Shown: positions 1-11,794 of the stretch, one piece after another | Position numbering within the stretch: the stretch's first letter is position 1 | Layout: each line of letters opens with the position of its first letter | Source of the DNA: Podarcis erhardii | Taxonomy: Eukaryota | DNA length: 64,000 nt | Assembly (NCBI GenBank): GCA_964252035.1 | Contig: OZ176205.1 | Direction: 5' to 3' (one strand) | The notes under the pieces: model-generated | Told to the model about the DNA's origin: nothing | What the model saw: the letters and a program-made list of their open reading frames with translations, nothing else | Databases searched by the model: none | Translations under genes and position numbers: made by a program

Positions 1-201
1 AGAGATATACACAAAGCAATTTTATTTTATTTCCTCCCCCCCAAGGGACCTTTGTGCAAACCATTATAAGATCTAAATTCTTCACATAATATATAAAAAC
101 AGAAGCCTCTTCGGATATGTTGTTAATTTGTGGTGTAGTTATTTGAAGTCTGGAATGGTGGCACTTTCCAAATTAGGCAACAGTTCTTCATTCCTGTAAT
201 C
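1..201 (-). other. RAP1A: Terminal non-coding 3'UTR exon of RAP1A (5' part)
   Basis: Acceptor tctcttcttctgctCAG at 204-202, followed by GATTACAGGAATGAAGAACTGTTGCCTAATT...TATATTATGTGAAGAATTTAGATCTTAT, which matches my recollection of the mammalian RAP1A 3'UTR. Confidence 0.88.
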
Positions 202-520
202 CTGAGCAGAAGAAGAGACAATGAAGAGTCAGCATCCAACTTAGAAACAGCCTCTGCAAACAAGAGAGTACTTAAAAAATAATAATACACCCAGGATTAA
301 AGGTACCTTCTTTAAAAATTCTTAAAAACAAATACGCAGCACATGTTCAGAAAGGAGGACTTATTAAAGACCCAAGGAAGCTGCCTTATACCAAGGTCAG
401 AGCACTCGTCTATCTGGCTCTGTATTGTTTACACCAGGGATGGGGAACCTGTGGCCCTCCAGATGTTGGTAGACTCCCACCAGCCTCATCCCAATGGTCA
501 GGGATGATGGTATCTGTAGC

Positions 521-814
521 CTGGACACTGAGGTCCAGCTCTGAGGGCTTTCTGGAGGTTCCCTCACTGCATGACGTGAAGTTACAGAGAAACAAGCAGA
601 GGTTCTCCTTGGTAGTGGCACCCTCCCTGTGGAAAGCCCTCCAGTCAGATGTCAAAGAGATAAACCACCACATGACTTTTAGAAGACAACTGAAGGCAGC
701 CCTGTTTCAGGAAGTTTTTGATGTTTGATGTTCTGTGATGTTTTTATATTTTGCTGGAAGCCGCCCAGAGTGGCTGGGGCAACACAATCAGATGGGCAGA
801 ATGTAAATAATAAA

Positions 815-871
<57 letters not shown>
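521..871 (+). mobile_element. L2 LINE 3' end (ORF2 C-terminus + 3'UTR + (GTT)n tail)
   Basis: ORF 504..728 gives TLRSSSEGFLEVPS...VAPSLWKALQSDVKEINHHMTFRRQLKAALF, similar to the C-terminus of the L2 at 56953. Ends in a microsatellite tail. Confidence 0.8.
816..871. repeat. (GTT)n microsatellite
   Basis: About 18 uninterrupted units; explains the poly-L/V/T/N ORFs in the track. Confidence 0.98.
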
Positions 872-920
872 AGTCCAGCAATATCTGGAGGCCCACAAGT
901 TCTCCATCCTTGATCTACAC

Positions 921-1198
921 CAGGGGTCAGCAAGGTTTATCTTGTCTGGGCCAGATGGATCCTGCAGATATCCCTCCATGGGCCGGATTTCTCACGTGCA
1001 TGAGCGCGCATGCGATTTTTGGCGTCTACGTCTGCGCAGATGCGATTTCCGGCACTGCAGAAGCGAGTCCCTGCGTCGCGCTGCACCGGTTTAGCACAGC
1101 ATGTGAGTGGGCAGCTCAGTTCAGGGGTGGCTTGGGGGCCGGTCAAACGACCTCCGTGGGCCACTTCCAGCCCATGGACCTTAGGTTGCTGACCCCTG
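921..1198. mobile_element. hAT non-autonomous element, 278 bp
   Basis: Perfect 13-bp TIR CAGGGGTCAGCAA / TTGCTGACCCCTG; 8-bp TSD ATCTACAC / GTCTACAC (7/8). Confidence 0.9.
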
Positions 1199-2243
1199 GT
1201 CTACACTGTTTGACAGCAGTTCCCCAGGGTCTCAGAGATTTAGAATTTAGTTGACTACAACCCTCTGACTCATTTTTAAATTCCTTTCTCTCTTTCTCTA
1301 AGAGATGACTGAAAACTGGATTGCTGGGACAGTATGGGAGTTCGCTATGCTGAGATGTGTATGTATGTGAAAAAGGAAGAGAATGTTGCAGCACCTCTTG
1401 CATAGCAAACCAGTGTTTATGGTTGTGCTCTCTCTCTTTCTCTTTCTTTCACACAGACACATGCAGTAAGGATCGGAAGCAAGAGAGTTAAAACTAGATG
1501 TCAAAAGCAAATGAGTCAGCAGGTGGCACTTCAACCCAAAAAGAAATGGCGTGTGCAGGCCCCAGTATGCATACTGATGACATAGCCGCTGCTCTGCTCC
1601 AAGCCCACTTCCGTATTATAGGGAAGGGGGGGGGGGCATGGCTCTCCAAACCACTCAAATGCTGATTCCCCCCGCTCCCCAGGTAAACAATGTGCCTCTT
1701 CGCAGGATACATTTTTAAATGCTATAAAAACTCCAGAATCACATATAATTGAACCTCCCATTAAAAGCCAAAGAAAAAATATATTTTAAAATTTTCCATA
1801 AAATCTGAACCGATAGAGCCAGCGGTGTAATTTTTGAAAAGGAAGCGCAGGGTAGTGCCTGTGCCTAGCTGATCTTAAAAGTATTTTAAGCATCCTTTAT
1901 AAAAGGAATGGGGAGCCTGTGACCCTGCAGACTTTGCTGAAATGAAACTCCCATGATCCCCCAACCACTGGCTGCACTGGCTGGGAGCTGGAAACTAACC
2001 ACACCTGAAGGGCCACAGGTTCTCTGCCTCTGCTATATAGAACGTACCCAAAATGTTAGTATTTGGCAGCTTATCATTTCTTTGCCAAAGGAGTGCAGGT
2101 GGCCTTCAGTCCAGCCTGCAACCATTCCAGCATCATGTAGTAGCTGCTGCAGCAAAGAGAGTCAAATCACAAACATGTCCCAGGAAGGTCATTAAGATTT
2201 CACCATTTGCTCACCTGGCTCAGAGCTGCTGCATTCTGTGGGT

Positions 2244-2330
2244 CTAGAGCAGCAGACATGATTTCTTTTTAGGCTTCTTCTTTTCCACTGGTGTTTTTCT
2301 ATTTATCTGTCTGACGAGATCATAAAAGAT
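2244..2330 (-). CDS. RAP1A: Rap1A coding exon 6 (aa 157-184 + stop; polybasic region and CAAX box CLLL). Exon continues as UTR to 2215
   Basis: CAG acceptor at 2333-2331; [28 protein letters not shown] then TAG at 2246-2244; 29 nt of UTR, then donor CAG/GTGAGC at 2214. Confidence 0.98.
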   Translation of the reverse strand: MFYDLVRQINRKTPVEKKKPKKKSCLLL

Positions 2331-3102
2331 CTGTGAGAGAGAGAGGAAGAGAGCAAAATAAGGTGAGAAATCAAGAGATACAGGTGCTGCAGAATAGCAA
2401 CCTCATGTTACAATCCTGGCCTTAAAAGCTTTCGGCTAAATCAAGTGAGAAGGTGAGAAATAAATGGGGTGGGAGGCAGCGCAAAGAGAGCTGAACTTCT
2501 TGATTTTAGCATGAGCGAAGCAGGGCACTTTATCTAAGCTCCTGAAGGTTTTTGCTTCCTCTTGGGGCTCCCCTAATTGTGGTCTAGCCGCTTCCACTTT
2601 CCTCCGGCCGCATCACAAAGCAAGAAGAGAAAGGGGGGGGGGGAAACCTCTACACTGTTCCAATTGAAAATCACATCACAACCAGGACAACCTCACACAT
2701 ACCAGAAGTACAGGTACAAAGACAATGATAACCCAACAGAAAAAAATCAATCATTTGAAGAAGCAGCTACCAGTTTAGCAATTATTAGCAACTCTCCATA
2801 TACAAATGTGCATATACTGTAGCAACAAGATGCCAGCATATTAAATAAAGGAGTTTGCTATTTGTGTTTCTCTATCTTCCCATTTGTCTTGTGGTAGAGT
2901 TACCATTTCTGAACTCGTATAATACATATATAGAATACTTGCTAAGAAAAGTTGAAAGAGGCCTGGCTATCAAGCATGCAAGCCATTAAGGTGTAAGAGT
3001 TTATTTTGCAAAATGCAAACACCTAATCTCCATCTTATTTAAATGTAGGACTGCCATACAAACAAAGAAGCTGTCTTATAGTCAGTGGTGTAGATATAGC
3101 TT

Positions 3103-3103
<1 letters not shown>

Positions 3104-3147
<44 letters not shown>
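3104..3147. repeat. (GT)n microsatellite
   Basis: About 22 GT units. Confidence 0.98.
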
Positions 3148-3151
<4 letters not shown>

Positions 3152-3999
3152 GCCATGGACTCATCCACTCTGCCTCTTATGTACTGTAGCATCAAACCTG
3201 CAGATGAAAGCTGCATATGTCTTTGTCTTTGGTAAAGTCAACTACGTAGCAATGCAGCTACAGTATTCAGCCTCCTGGAAAAGCTCACTTAACTCACTTC
3301 CTCCCCACAACCCTGTGTGATTTCTAACAAGCTTAAAGTCTACAGTACTTTGCTTGTGAACTGCAAAACCTAGAAATTGGATACTGCCTTGATATTATCT
3401 ATTTTTTAAACACACACACACACACACACAAGCACAGCCAAGCACTTTCTGAAAGCATGATAAAGCCAGCATCTCTTTCACTCTGTACAATAACACTCTA
3501 TAACAGCATTTAGGTTTCTCACACTCCCGCCCCACCAGGTTTACAGTTACATGGTTTGATGCTGTCAGCCCAAGGCAAAACACATCAGTTTGTACTCTAG
3601 TAAGGTCAACCTGGCTTCTTTCTCGATGCTCAACAGAGCTTGGAAGTCGAAGATTGCATTGGAAAGAAGTGAGAAAAGGTTTAGGGAGGGTCCCGGAGGA
3701 GAAGCGCACAGGAAGGAGGAATCTACCATATCTCCTGATGAAAGATTATTCAAACCCTCACACCTTATTGCCAGTCATTTCTAATCACTTATAGATCTCC
3801 AAAGTGCCTTTGTGTCAATCCAGCATAGCAGCATAAAGCAGGGAACTATGAGAGGACTGGTCTACATTGCCCTTACTTAAGGAAAACAGACGAACTGTGT
3901 TAGTCTATCAAGTATATTAACAGGGTGATTTGGCTTTCCTCCTCCACCCTCCCTTTCCCAGGGATCCAGAACACTGAAAGGGTATCTGGGGAAGGATTG

Positions 4000-4293
4000 C
4001 AGCATAGTGTTAAGAGTAGCTACTTTGCAGGCAGAGCAAGCCCAATCTCTGGCACAGCCAGGAAGGACTGGGAGAGAGCCCAAAACCTTGCAGAGGCACT
4101 ACGAGTCAGTGTGGACCTGGATTTCCCAAACTACAATTCCAATCTTCCCTGACCGCTGGTCCTGCGACTTAGGGATGATGGGAGTTGTAGTCCAAAAACA
4201 GCTGGAGATCCAAGTTTGGGGAACCCTGGTGTAGACTGAGTTGCATGAACCAATGATCTGACTTGGTACAAGGGACCTTCCTATGTTCCTATG
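4000..4293 (+). mobile_element. Degenerate tRNA-derived squamate SINE carrying a hAT MITE
   Basis: Degenerate tRNA-like head near 4000, body GGACTGGGAGAGAG...GAGTCAGTGTGGAC, tail CCAATGATCTGACTTGGTACAAGG...CTTCCTATGTTCCTATG. Confidence 0.65.
4117..4228. mobile_element. hAT-type MITE, 112 bp
   Basis: Ends CTGGATTTCCCAAACT / AGTTTGGGGAACCCTG; TSD GTGTGGAC (4109-4116) / GTGTAGAC (4229-4236). Confidence 0.8.
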
Positions 4294-5716
4294 ACCAGCA
4301 TGGGCAGTGCAGTCCCCGCATGCATGTTTGTCATGAGAATACATATCTTATACCACCTCTAAAGCAATAACTGTCTCTTTGAAGGGCACAATCCATATTT
4401 TTGTACACAATGTGATTCTCCCCTTGGTAAGGGAAACAGGGAGGATTACAGTCCACATTGAAAGTGCCTGGGTGGCAGCTGCTGTCATTTAAAATAGAGG
4501 TATTTTAAAATGGAGGTATTTTCTCTTGGCAAGTGTTTGGCCAAGGGGATTTGTGGGGAAGAGGCAGCACCATTCCCTCAGAGAACATTTTGGACCCTCC
4601 CCCCCACCAGGTCCTCTTTCACTACAAAAGAAAAAAAAATACCCCCTCCCCCCAAATATCAATGCCTCCCTATTAAAACCATGCTAAGTAAGAGCAATTG
4701 TGGATAACTTTTCTTCTAACCATCTCAAGACAATAATTAGAGGTGGGCTTAAATCTTCATTTAACTAAATCTCCATATCGAAAGTGTGACAAGGAATGGG
4801 TGTATATGTTTCATTCAAATGGAATAGCTGCCACGTTAAATGCAACAAGATAGAGAGGGTAAAATGTTAAATCAGTATAGCACAGGCCTGGTTCAATGGA
4901 GTTTTCTCCCAGTTATAGGACTGCTACCGTCTCAGACAGAATAAGGCATGCTAAGCTTTCAGATTTCTGTCTCATTAAAGGCTACTGTAAGGCACAAAGG
5001 CCTGCATAGGTAGTGTATTTCTCCTCTCCTTTGATTCCTCTCAGTTTCCAAAGATTGGCAAACCATTTGCTTTCTGTATTGGCTCTTGTTCAACAAAATC
5101 AAAACAAGCGTGACAGCAAATTCTTTTGGATGAGAATGGTTTTTGGATTTTTAAAAATGGAAATTACAAGTGGAAGTCATCTGTTGCTTCCAAAACACAA
5201 AGTAACGAGGCAACTCTTCATAACTGAGGAATTACGAACTTGGCAAAGTCACAAGAATATCAGAGAATACGCCAGAAACTCAGTTCCCCAAACCAAAACT
5301 AAAATCAAAAAGAATAAACTAACAAAACTAACATACAGACCCTCTTCGAAACTTTTGAAATAAAGATGTGTCCAGCCCTGAAAACACAAGTCACCAGCTG
5401 AACATGATGATGTAATTTGTGGGTGGCTGTACCAGATACAGCTGCCCGTAAACAAATCAAGGTCCCCATCTTCCTCTCCTGGCAGAGTTTACCAACACAA
5501 ATAAGATGTTTTGGAAAACCTAACTTTAAATTTCTTGAGTGGTCAGGACTTCCTTCACAAAATCAACACAGCCTAGTTAGCTCAGTTATCTGAAAGAGGT
5601 AATGGTGGTTAGAGAAAACCAGGCTCTGTGTGTTTTGGGATAAGCAGGCAGGGAATGATGGGAACTGTAGTTCTGCAACTTCCAGGAATCCAAAGTGGAA
5701 GAACATTGGCCTATAG

Positions 5717-5829
5717 TGGCCTTCCCCAACCTGGGGCTCTGCAGATGTTTTGGACTACAACTCCCATCCTCTCCAACAATAATCCATCAGGGATTACTGC
5801 AGTTGTAGGGACCAGGTTAAGGAAGCCTG
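5717..5829. mobile_element. hAT-type MITE
   Basis: Perfect 8-bp TSD GCCTATAG (5709-5716, 5830-5837); interior CAGATGTTTTGGACTACAACTCCCATC shared with the other MITEs. Confidence 0.8.
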
Positions 5830-6117
5830 GCCTATAGTGATGATGTTTTATTGTTATTTCACACATTTCTTTAATGGCGTTCACCCTAGCTGGGGCAGAA
5901 GAGGGTCTAGGTCCCGCCCCCCGCCCCACAACTACTATTTCATCAGGTAACAGCTAACTAAGTTGTGTTTCCTTCCTAAAGGGCCTTCGTGAAGCAGCTC
6001 TGCTGCCCAGGGCAGTTCTCAGTCATTTGGAAGCAGATGCTACGTACTGTCAAATGAAGCACCCAGTCAGCCATCAACTTCAGCGCTGTTGACTTCTCAT
6101 ATAAACTATATAAAACA

Positions 6118-6197
6118 GTGTGCATGCACACGAAAGCTCATACCTAGAACTAACTCAGTTGGTCTTTAAGGTGCTACTGGAAGGAATTTTTTTATTT
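6118..6197 (+). mobile_element. Penelope-like element terminal fragment
   Basis: GTGTGCATGCACACGAAAGCTCATAC...GTTGGTCTTTAAGGTGCTACTGG resembles the reptile Penelope-like tail as I recall it. Flanked by direct repeat TATATAAAACA (6107-6117, 6198-6208). Confidence 0.55.
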
Positions 6198-7545
6198 TAT
6201 ATAAAACAAAGTGTCTCTTGTGGCACCTTGAAGACTTGTTCAACAGTTCCTCTGGAAATTGTTTTATGTATGAGAGGTACTTGAATGTATCACAAGAGCT
6301 CATGTGATTCGCAGCTTCATCACTGGGGAGGGGGAGAATCACTCCAGTGGATGCTTCTAGGGCTGCATTAAATGATCTCCCACTTGTACTTTGGGGCTAA
6401 AAATATCAAGACCAGGAAAGCAGGGCAAAGAAGATATCCCCACTCCACACCAAACACACAACGGCCAGCTTTTTATACCTGTTCACTGCTGTTTCCTCAC
6501 TGTCACCCTGTTTGGGCAACATGGAGGGGGGAGGCAGGAGGAGAAGAGTGTCTCTCGACCCAACATGAGCCCATACAATCAGAGACCATGTAGTGAATGC
6601 GATGGGGACATGACACGACTCAGCTAATCAAGACATGACTGTGGGGCAATGATAATGTGGGCAAACAGTACCAAACCAGAACTTGATGCTTTCTTCATTG
6701 GTCATGGGCGCAATCCCTGCCAATCGATTCACTAATTGCCCTTGTTCCAAAGAGACAAGACTTTCAGATCACCTGCTCTAAAAGAGACTTGAAATGGGGA
6801 ACACTTTTCACTGCTACCAAACATATTAGCGCTAAGTCCCCATTTTTAGCCCTACAAACATTCCTCATTCCAATCAGTGCTGCTCTGGCTTTTTTGCTCT
6901 ATTACTTGAGTTTCTCGTCTTTTATGCCTTGCTCTTTGCAGAGATTCATCTGCCCTACAGTGCTTACCTAACAGAAACCCCACGGTCTGCCTTTCGTTTA
7001 AGCGCATTGAGCTTGCATAAAGCACTTTTCTAAGCGACACGGCTCTAGTTTGAACTCTGGGTCTTGCAAGATTAAAATGCAGTGCGTGGCACACCTATTT
7101 GCACAGGTGCTCAGCATGCAAACATGACCACTCACGCACCACATTTAGTTCCACAGTAAAGCACCGTTCGGAATTATTGAGGAAGAGCTCTCGGCTAAGG
7201 GATTAGTTTTCTCTAAGGTAACACAATAGCAGAGTGAATCACATATTGACAGATCAGAAAAGCGAACACCGACACCCTGCAGGTTTTGGCTCAGGTTTTG
7301 CACTGGGCATCTCGCTCTGCACAAATGCACTTCAGTCACCAAAACAGCACAACGGCGGGGATGCGAAAACAGCATCTTTTATGCGAGCCTTCAGAAAGGA
7401 TCCACCGAAACGTAGGCTTTCAATTTGCGCAAATGTTCAGTCCAAGAGGGCTATAGGAATATTTACACGAGGGGATGGTGTACATACATATATACACAAA
7501 CCCAAGCCTATAAAAAGGGGTTGTGTGCTGCCTTGTGAAAGATTA

Positions 7546-7740
<195 letters not shown>

Positions 7741-10700
7741 TCAAAGCTGTGTGCTTAGTCTCAGCAGACCTGCAAAAATACTCGCTGAGCAATGTTAGCA
7801 GTCTCTAGAACGAAGGAGGAGTCCCTCTCCCCCCCGTTACATCTGGAGCAATTTTCTACTCTTAGTTTTTCATGCTTTTGCTTAACAGATTGATTAAACA
7901 TTATCGCTTGCTACTGATAACATGTTTCAAGAAACAAAAATGTGAGAAATTTATGAATACATTAAAAAAGGAGTTTCATCATATTGAAATGGCAGAAATT
8001 GAACTTTTCAAAAACTGTCTAACACCAGCAATAGGGAACTTTCCATGGTAGTTCTCCAAAAGCCATGTCCAACTGCCTCACACCTGACATTCTATGAGTC
8101 ATCGGGGTGGGACAGATACTATTGCTGTGACAAAGAAACAATTGGGAACTTAAAATGAGGTCTCAATTGTTCTTTTGCAAGCTGAGCTCCCTGTCAGCCA
8201 TGAACAGCTGATCGGCGCCAAGAGGAAGCTCCACTCAAATTGACACACTGAGGTGGGTCATTGTCTCAGTTTGAAGCAGTCTGCTTTCAAACGACTTCCT
8301 AAAATGAAGCTTTCTTCCTCTGCAAAGGGTGGAAAAGGTTTGATTTGAGGAAGCAGAACTAGCCCCTCTGAAGGCGCATTCCCAGTTGCAATCAGAGTAC
8401 CTTTAAAGGGGGGTATAGATCAGTGATTACAGTGATCCCCTTTGAACTTCAACAGAAGTCAATCTCCTAACATCATTATGATAATAGGAGATTGACAGGC
8501 GGCTGAACCTACCCACTTGTCAAAGTTGGCCTGTGAAGGGTGGGGAAATTGGGGATCAGGCTAGTGCCCCATCACTGAATAGGAAATATATATATATATT
8601 AGAACTGTGCCATAAATCTGTATTATCTGGACACAAAACCCCTATATTCCTTGCAAATTAGAACTCCAAAGTACATTTTGAGGATAAATGACTGAATTAT
8701 ACATTAGGTACCTGCAAGAAAGTAAGCAAACAAACCATTTTGTACCCGTCTTTACCATGGCTACATCACACTGATAATTAAACCGTCTCACGGCAACTAT
8801 CAAAGAAATGGAGATACCACAGTCTGGAAGGTTCATTGACACACAATCTATTTCCACAAGCACTTACTTTAATGTCAGTTTCTACAACAACACAGAGTTG
8901 ACATTTCAAACCCTCAGATAGGCAGTAGCTACTTTTCAATTCAACATAATTTATACAACAGGATGTACATCACTTCCCAAGAAATATGTTGTATGTATTG
9001 GCCCCAGTGATTTGCCCTGCTTAGGCAATAAATGCCTTCTCAACTCCAGAAATGGGGCTTCAGAGTCATGAAATGCAAAGACAGCTATGCAATCCTTATG
9101 TTCTTATTTTGAACTGTTTGGCAGCGTGCTGGACATTAAAACTTTAATTGCAAACACTGAACACACACGCACAGAGACACATCCTGTTTCGCCTGAGCTA
9201 TCTAAAAGCGCTACACACAGAAAACTGCTGATAATAGGTGTGCACACCATTCTGTTTCCTTAAGTATTTAAAACACACACATGCACAGCAAAGTTTGCAC
9301 TTTCCAGAAGGAAAGTACCTCATATACTTCTTGTTTATAAATAATTAGCAACAGTTCTAATATTTGCTAAATTTCTGAGCACACTCTCTTATTCATGGAC
9401 GATCCGTTCCAGGTAAAAAGAAACACATTTCTTGTGATTCCCCCCCCCCCCCACAGGTGTAGTTAAATCTGCTACTATACAAGCTACTATCCTGATAAAA
9501 GAAATGAAATCCATACTTTGTTTAAAACAAGGAAAGAAAAACATTTAGCATATTAAAATCTGGAAGCTATCATTTAACACAAAAAGTTTTTTTTTAAAAT
9601 AGTAACTACAGTGTAGTTAGAATGAGGGGTATAATTTATTTGACCTCAAAGAGGGTACATGTGTAACCTCAAACAGTGTAAGCTGATGCATACCACAATG
9701 TTTTGACTTAAATACTAAGAAAGGAATCAGTTTCTAAGATGAACATAATCCCTCATCTAAAAGATCGTTCGTTTTCCTTTTTTTAAAAAAAACGTAACCA
9801 AGATTTGTGTATCAAAGAGGGTTTCAAAAACATTATGGGAAAAGAGAAAAATAAAGCCAGAGATAATGATCAGCAAAGATATGAAAACTGAAGACTAAAA
9901 ATATGTGGCTAAACTACTTTTAAACACAGTTAAGATCTTCCTATCCACATGCATTGGATAGTAGCTCCCTATTCATCTATGGAGAGATCTTTCATGAATA
10001 ACTATCTGAATACAATGGGTTGGACAGACATTCCAGTTCTGTCCACTGGACTAACAAAGAGCCCAAATCAAAAGAGTAAGTTAGAGCTGATGCTAAAGTA
10101 ACACTTCCTGGTTAGCACAATAAATTGCTAGGTCACAGGTTTTACAGTGCGAATGGATGTTATGAACTTCTGTGACAGCATTTGCTGCTACTCATTCAGA
10201 CAAAATATTCAAGATTTCTGCTTACCTGATGACACAGTCTCCCCTCTACTTCCCTGATGCGCTGTTCTGGGGGTTCTCCTAACCCTCCAAGAGCCAACTG
10301 GGGTGTGTGGGCAAAAGACCCATTGCACTAGTGGGGGCCTTGCGCTGGCTCCTGCTAGCAGAACTACTTAGCTGAATGCAACCCATTGTGCAGTTCCACC
10401 CTGCACATTCACTCGTTACACCATATGGGCTGAGACTTACTTCCTAGAAAGTCTATTAGGAATTGCAGCCTTAAGAAACAGAAAGCTGGACTAGGTGGAC
10501 ATTTGGTAGGATCCTGGTTAAACAGGGCTGCTCTTAACATATGTTGTGGTGATGGTGGTATCTGTATACAATGAAAACATCCATGCGCAACATCACAACC
10601 TACAGCATGATGCCATGGAACTGACAGCATAATGCAAAGCCCATCAGCTTGAATTGCATAGCCACTTAACAGCTGCTCAATAGTAATTGACAGCAAAGTC

Positions 10701-11623
10701 ATCCAGGTATAGATCTTCTGCATGATTACTGGTGGAATCCCTGCTTAAAAGGTGATAAACCATATAGGAAGTCAGCTGACTGAGTTGGTGCTCAGTCCAG
10801 CCAACTGAAAGTCTTCCACATATTACAGTAAAAGATGGACCTAGGCCAAGGGGGCTAACCCCGTTCCCTTGTGTTCCCAAACAAACTTACATCACCCCTG
10901 ACTATTGACCATCCTGGCTGGTGCTGATGAGAGATGCAGACCAACAACAGCAGGAGGGTCACAGGTTAGTCACTTTAAAATATGCACAAGTTAAAATACG
11001 AAAACATTTACATTACCTTCACTTTCTAGGCATCTAAGCATATTTAAACTATCGTGCGGCAAAAGGAAGTTTTATAGTACTAAGATTTTTAGTCTACTAA
11101 TTAAGTTTGTAATATTTTCTTTAGGGAAAAAACAGTATGGACTTTTGAGCACAGCTATTTTGATTAGCCAGATTATCACACAACTAGAAAACTGTGTTTT
11201 TCCACCTGATGGCAGCCAGAAACAAAATCTCTACCAAAGAGCCACAAAACCCATTTTAAACAGCAAGTCATAATGGGAGCTACTGAGCCTTCTAAAAACC
11301 TGGCACCATATGTAGCCATTTCAGTGACAAAAGGTTGAGCGGGTGGAATTGGGCTTGGGGCTTAGTATTCGACTGAAAAGCCACTTCTTATGGGACTTGA
11401 ACTTTTCCAGAGTTCAATCCCAGTTCGGATTACAGAGCATTTCTGACTAACCGTCCAGTAATGTCCATATGAATAGTCTCCAAAATATCTAAATAGAGAA
11501 ATTTATGATATCATACAAAACATTCTAGAACAGTGTTCTTCAGACATCTTATTAACTGTGCAAAAAACAGATGCTGGCTTGTTTAGTTTTTTTGGGGGGG
11601 AGGGGAGAGATTCCAATGGTTCA

Positions 11624-11794
<171 letters not shown>

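Larger units (their letters stand above)
435..912. mobile_element. hAT-type MITE interrupted by an L2 3' fragment
   Basis: TIR-like ends CAGGGATGGGGAA / TTCTCCATCCTTG, flanked by 8-mers GTTTACAC (427-434) and ATCTACAC (913-920). Interior resembles the copy at 40909-41034. Confidence 0.75.
375..1245 (-). mobile_element. tRNA-derived squamate SINE fragment, split by nested insertions (SINE parts 375-434 and 1199-1245)
   Basis: AGGAAGCTGCCTTATA...GTATTGTTTACAC resumes as GTCTACACTG...CAGCAGTTCCCCAGGGTCTCAG. The same family occurs on + at about 4000-4293 and on - at about 13340-13500 and 13618-13760. Confidence 0.7.

Noticed and set aside
679-1094. Poly-Leu/Val/Thr/Asn proteins
   Set aside because: Translations of the (GTT)n microsatellite.
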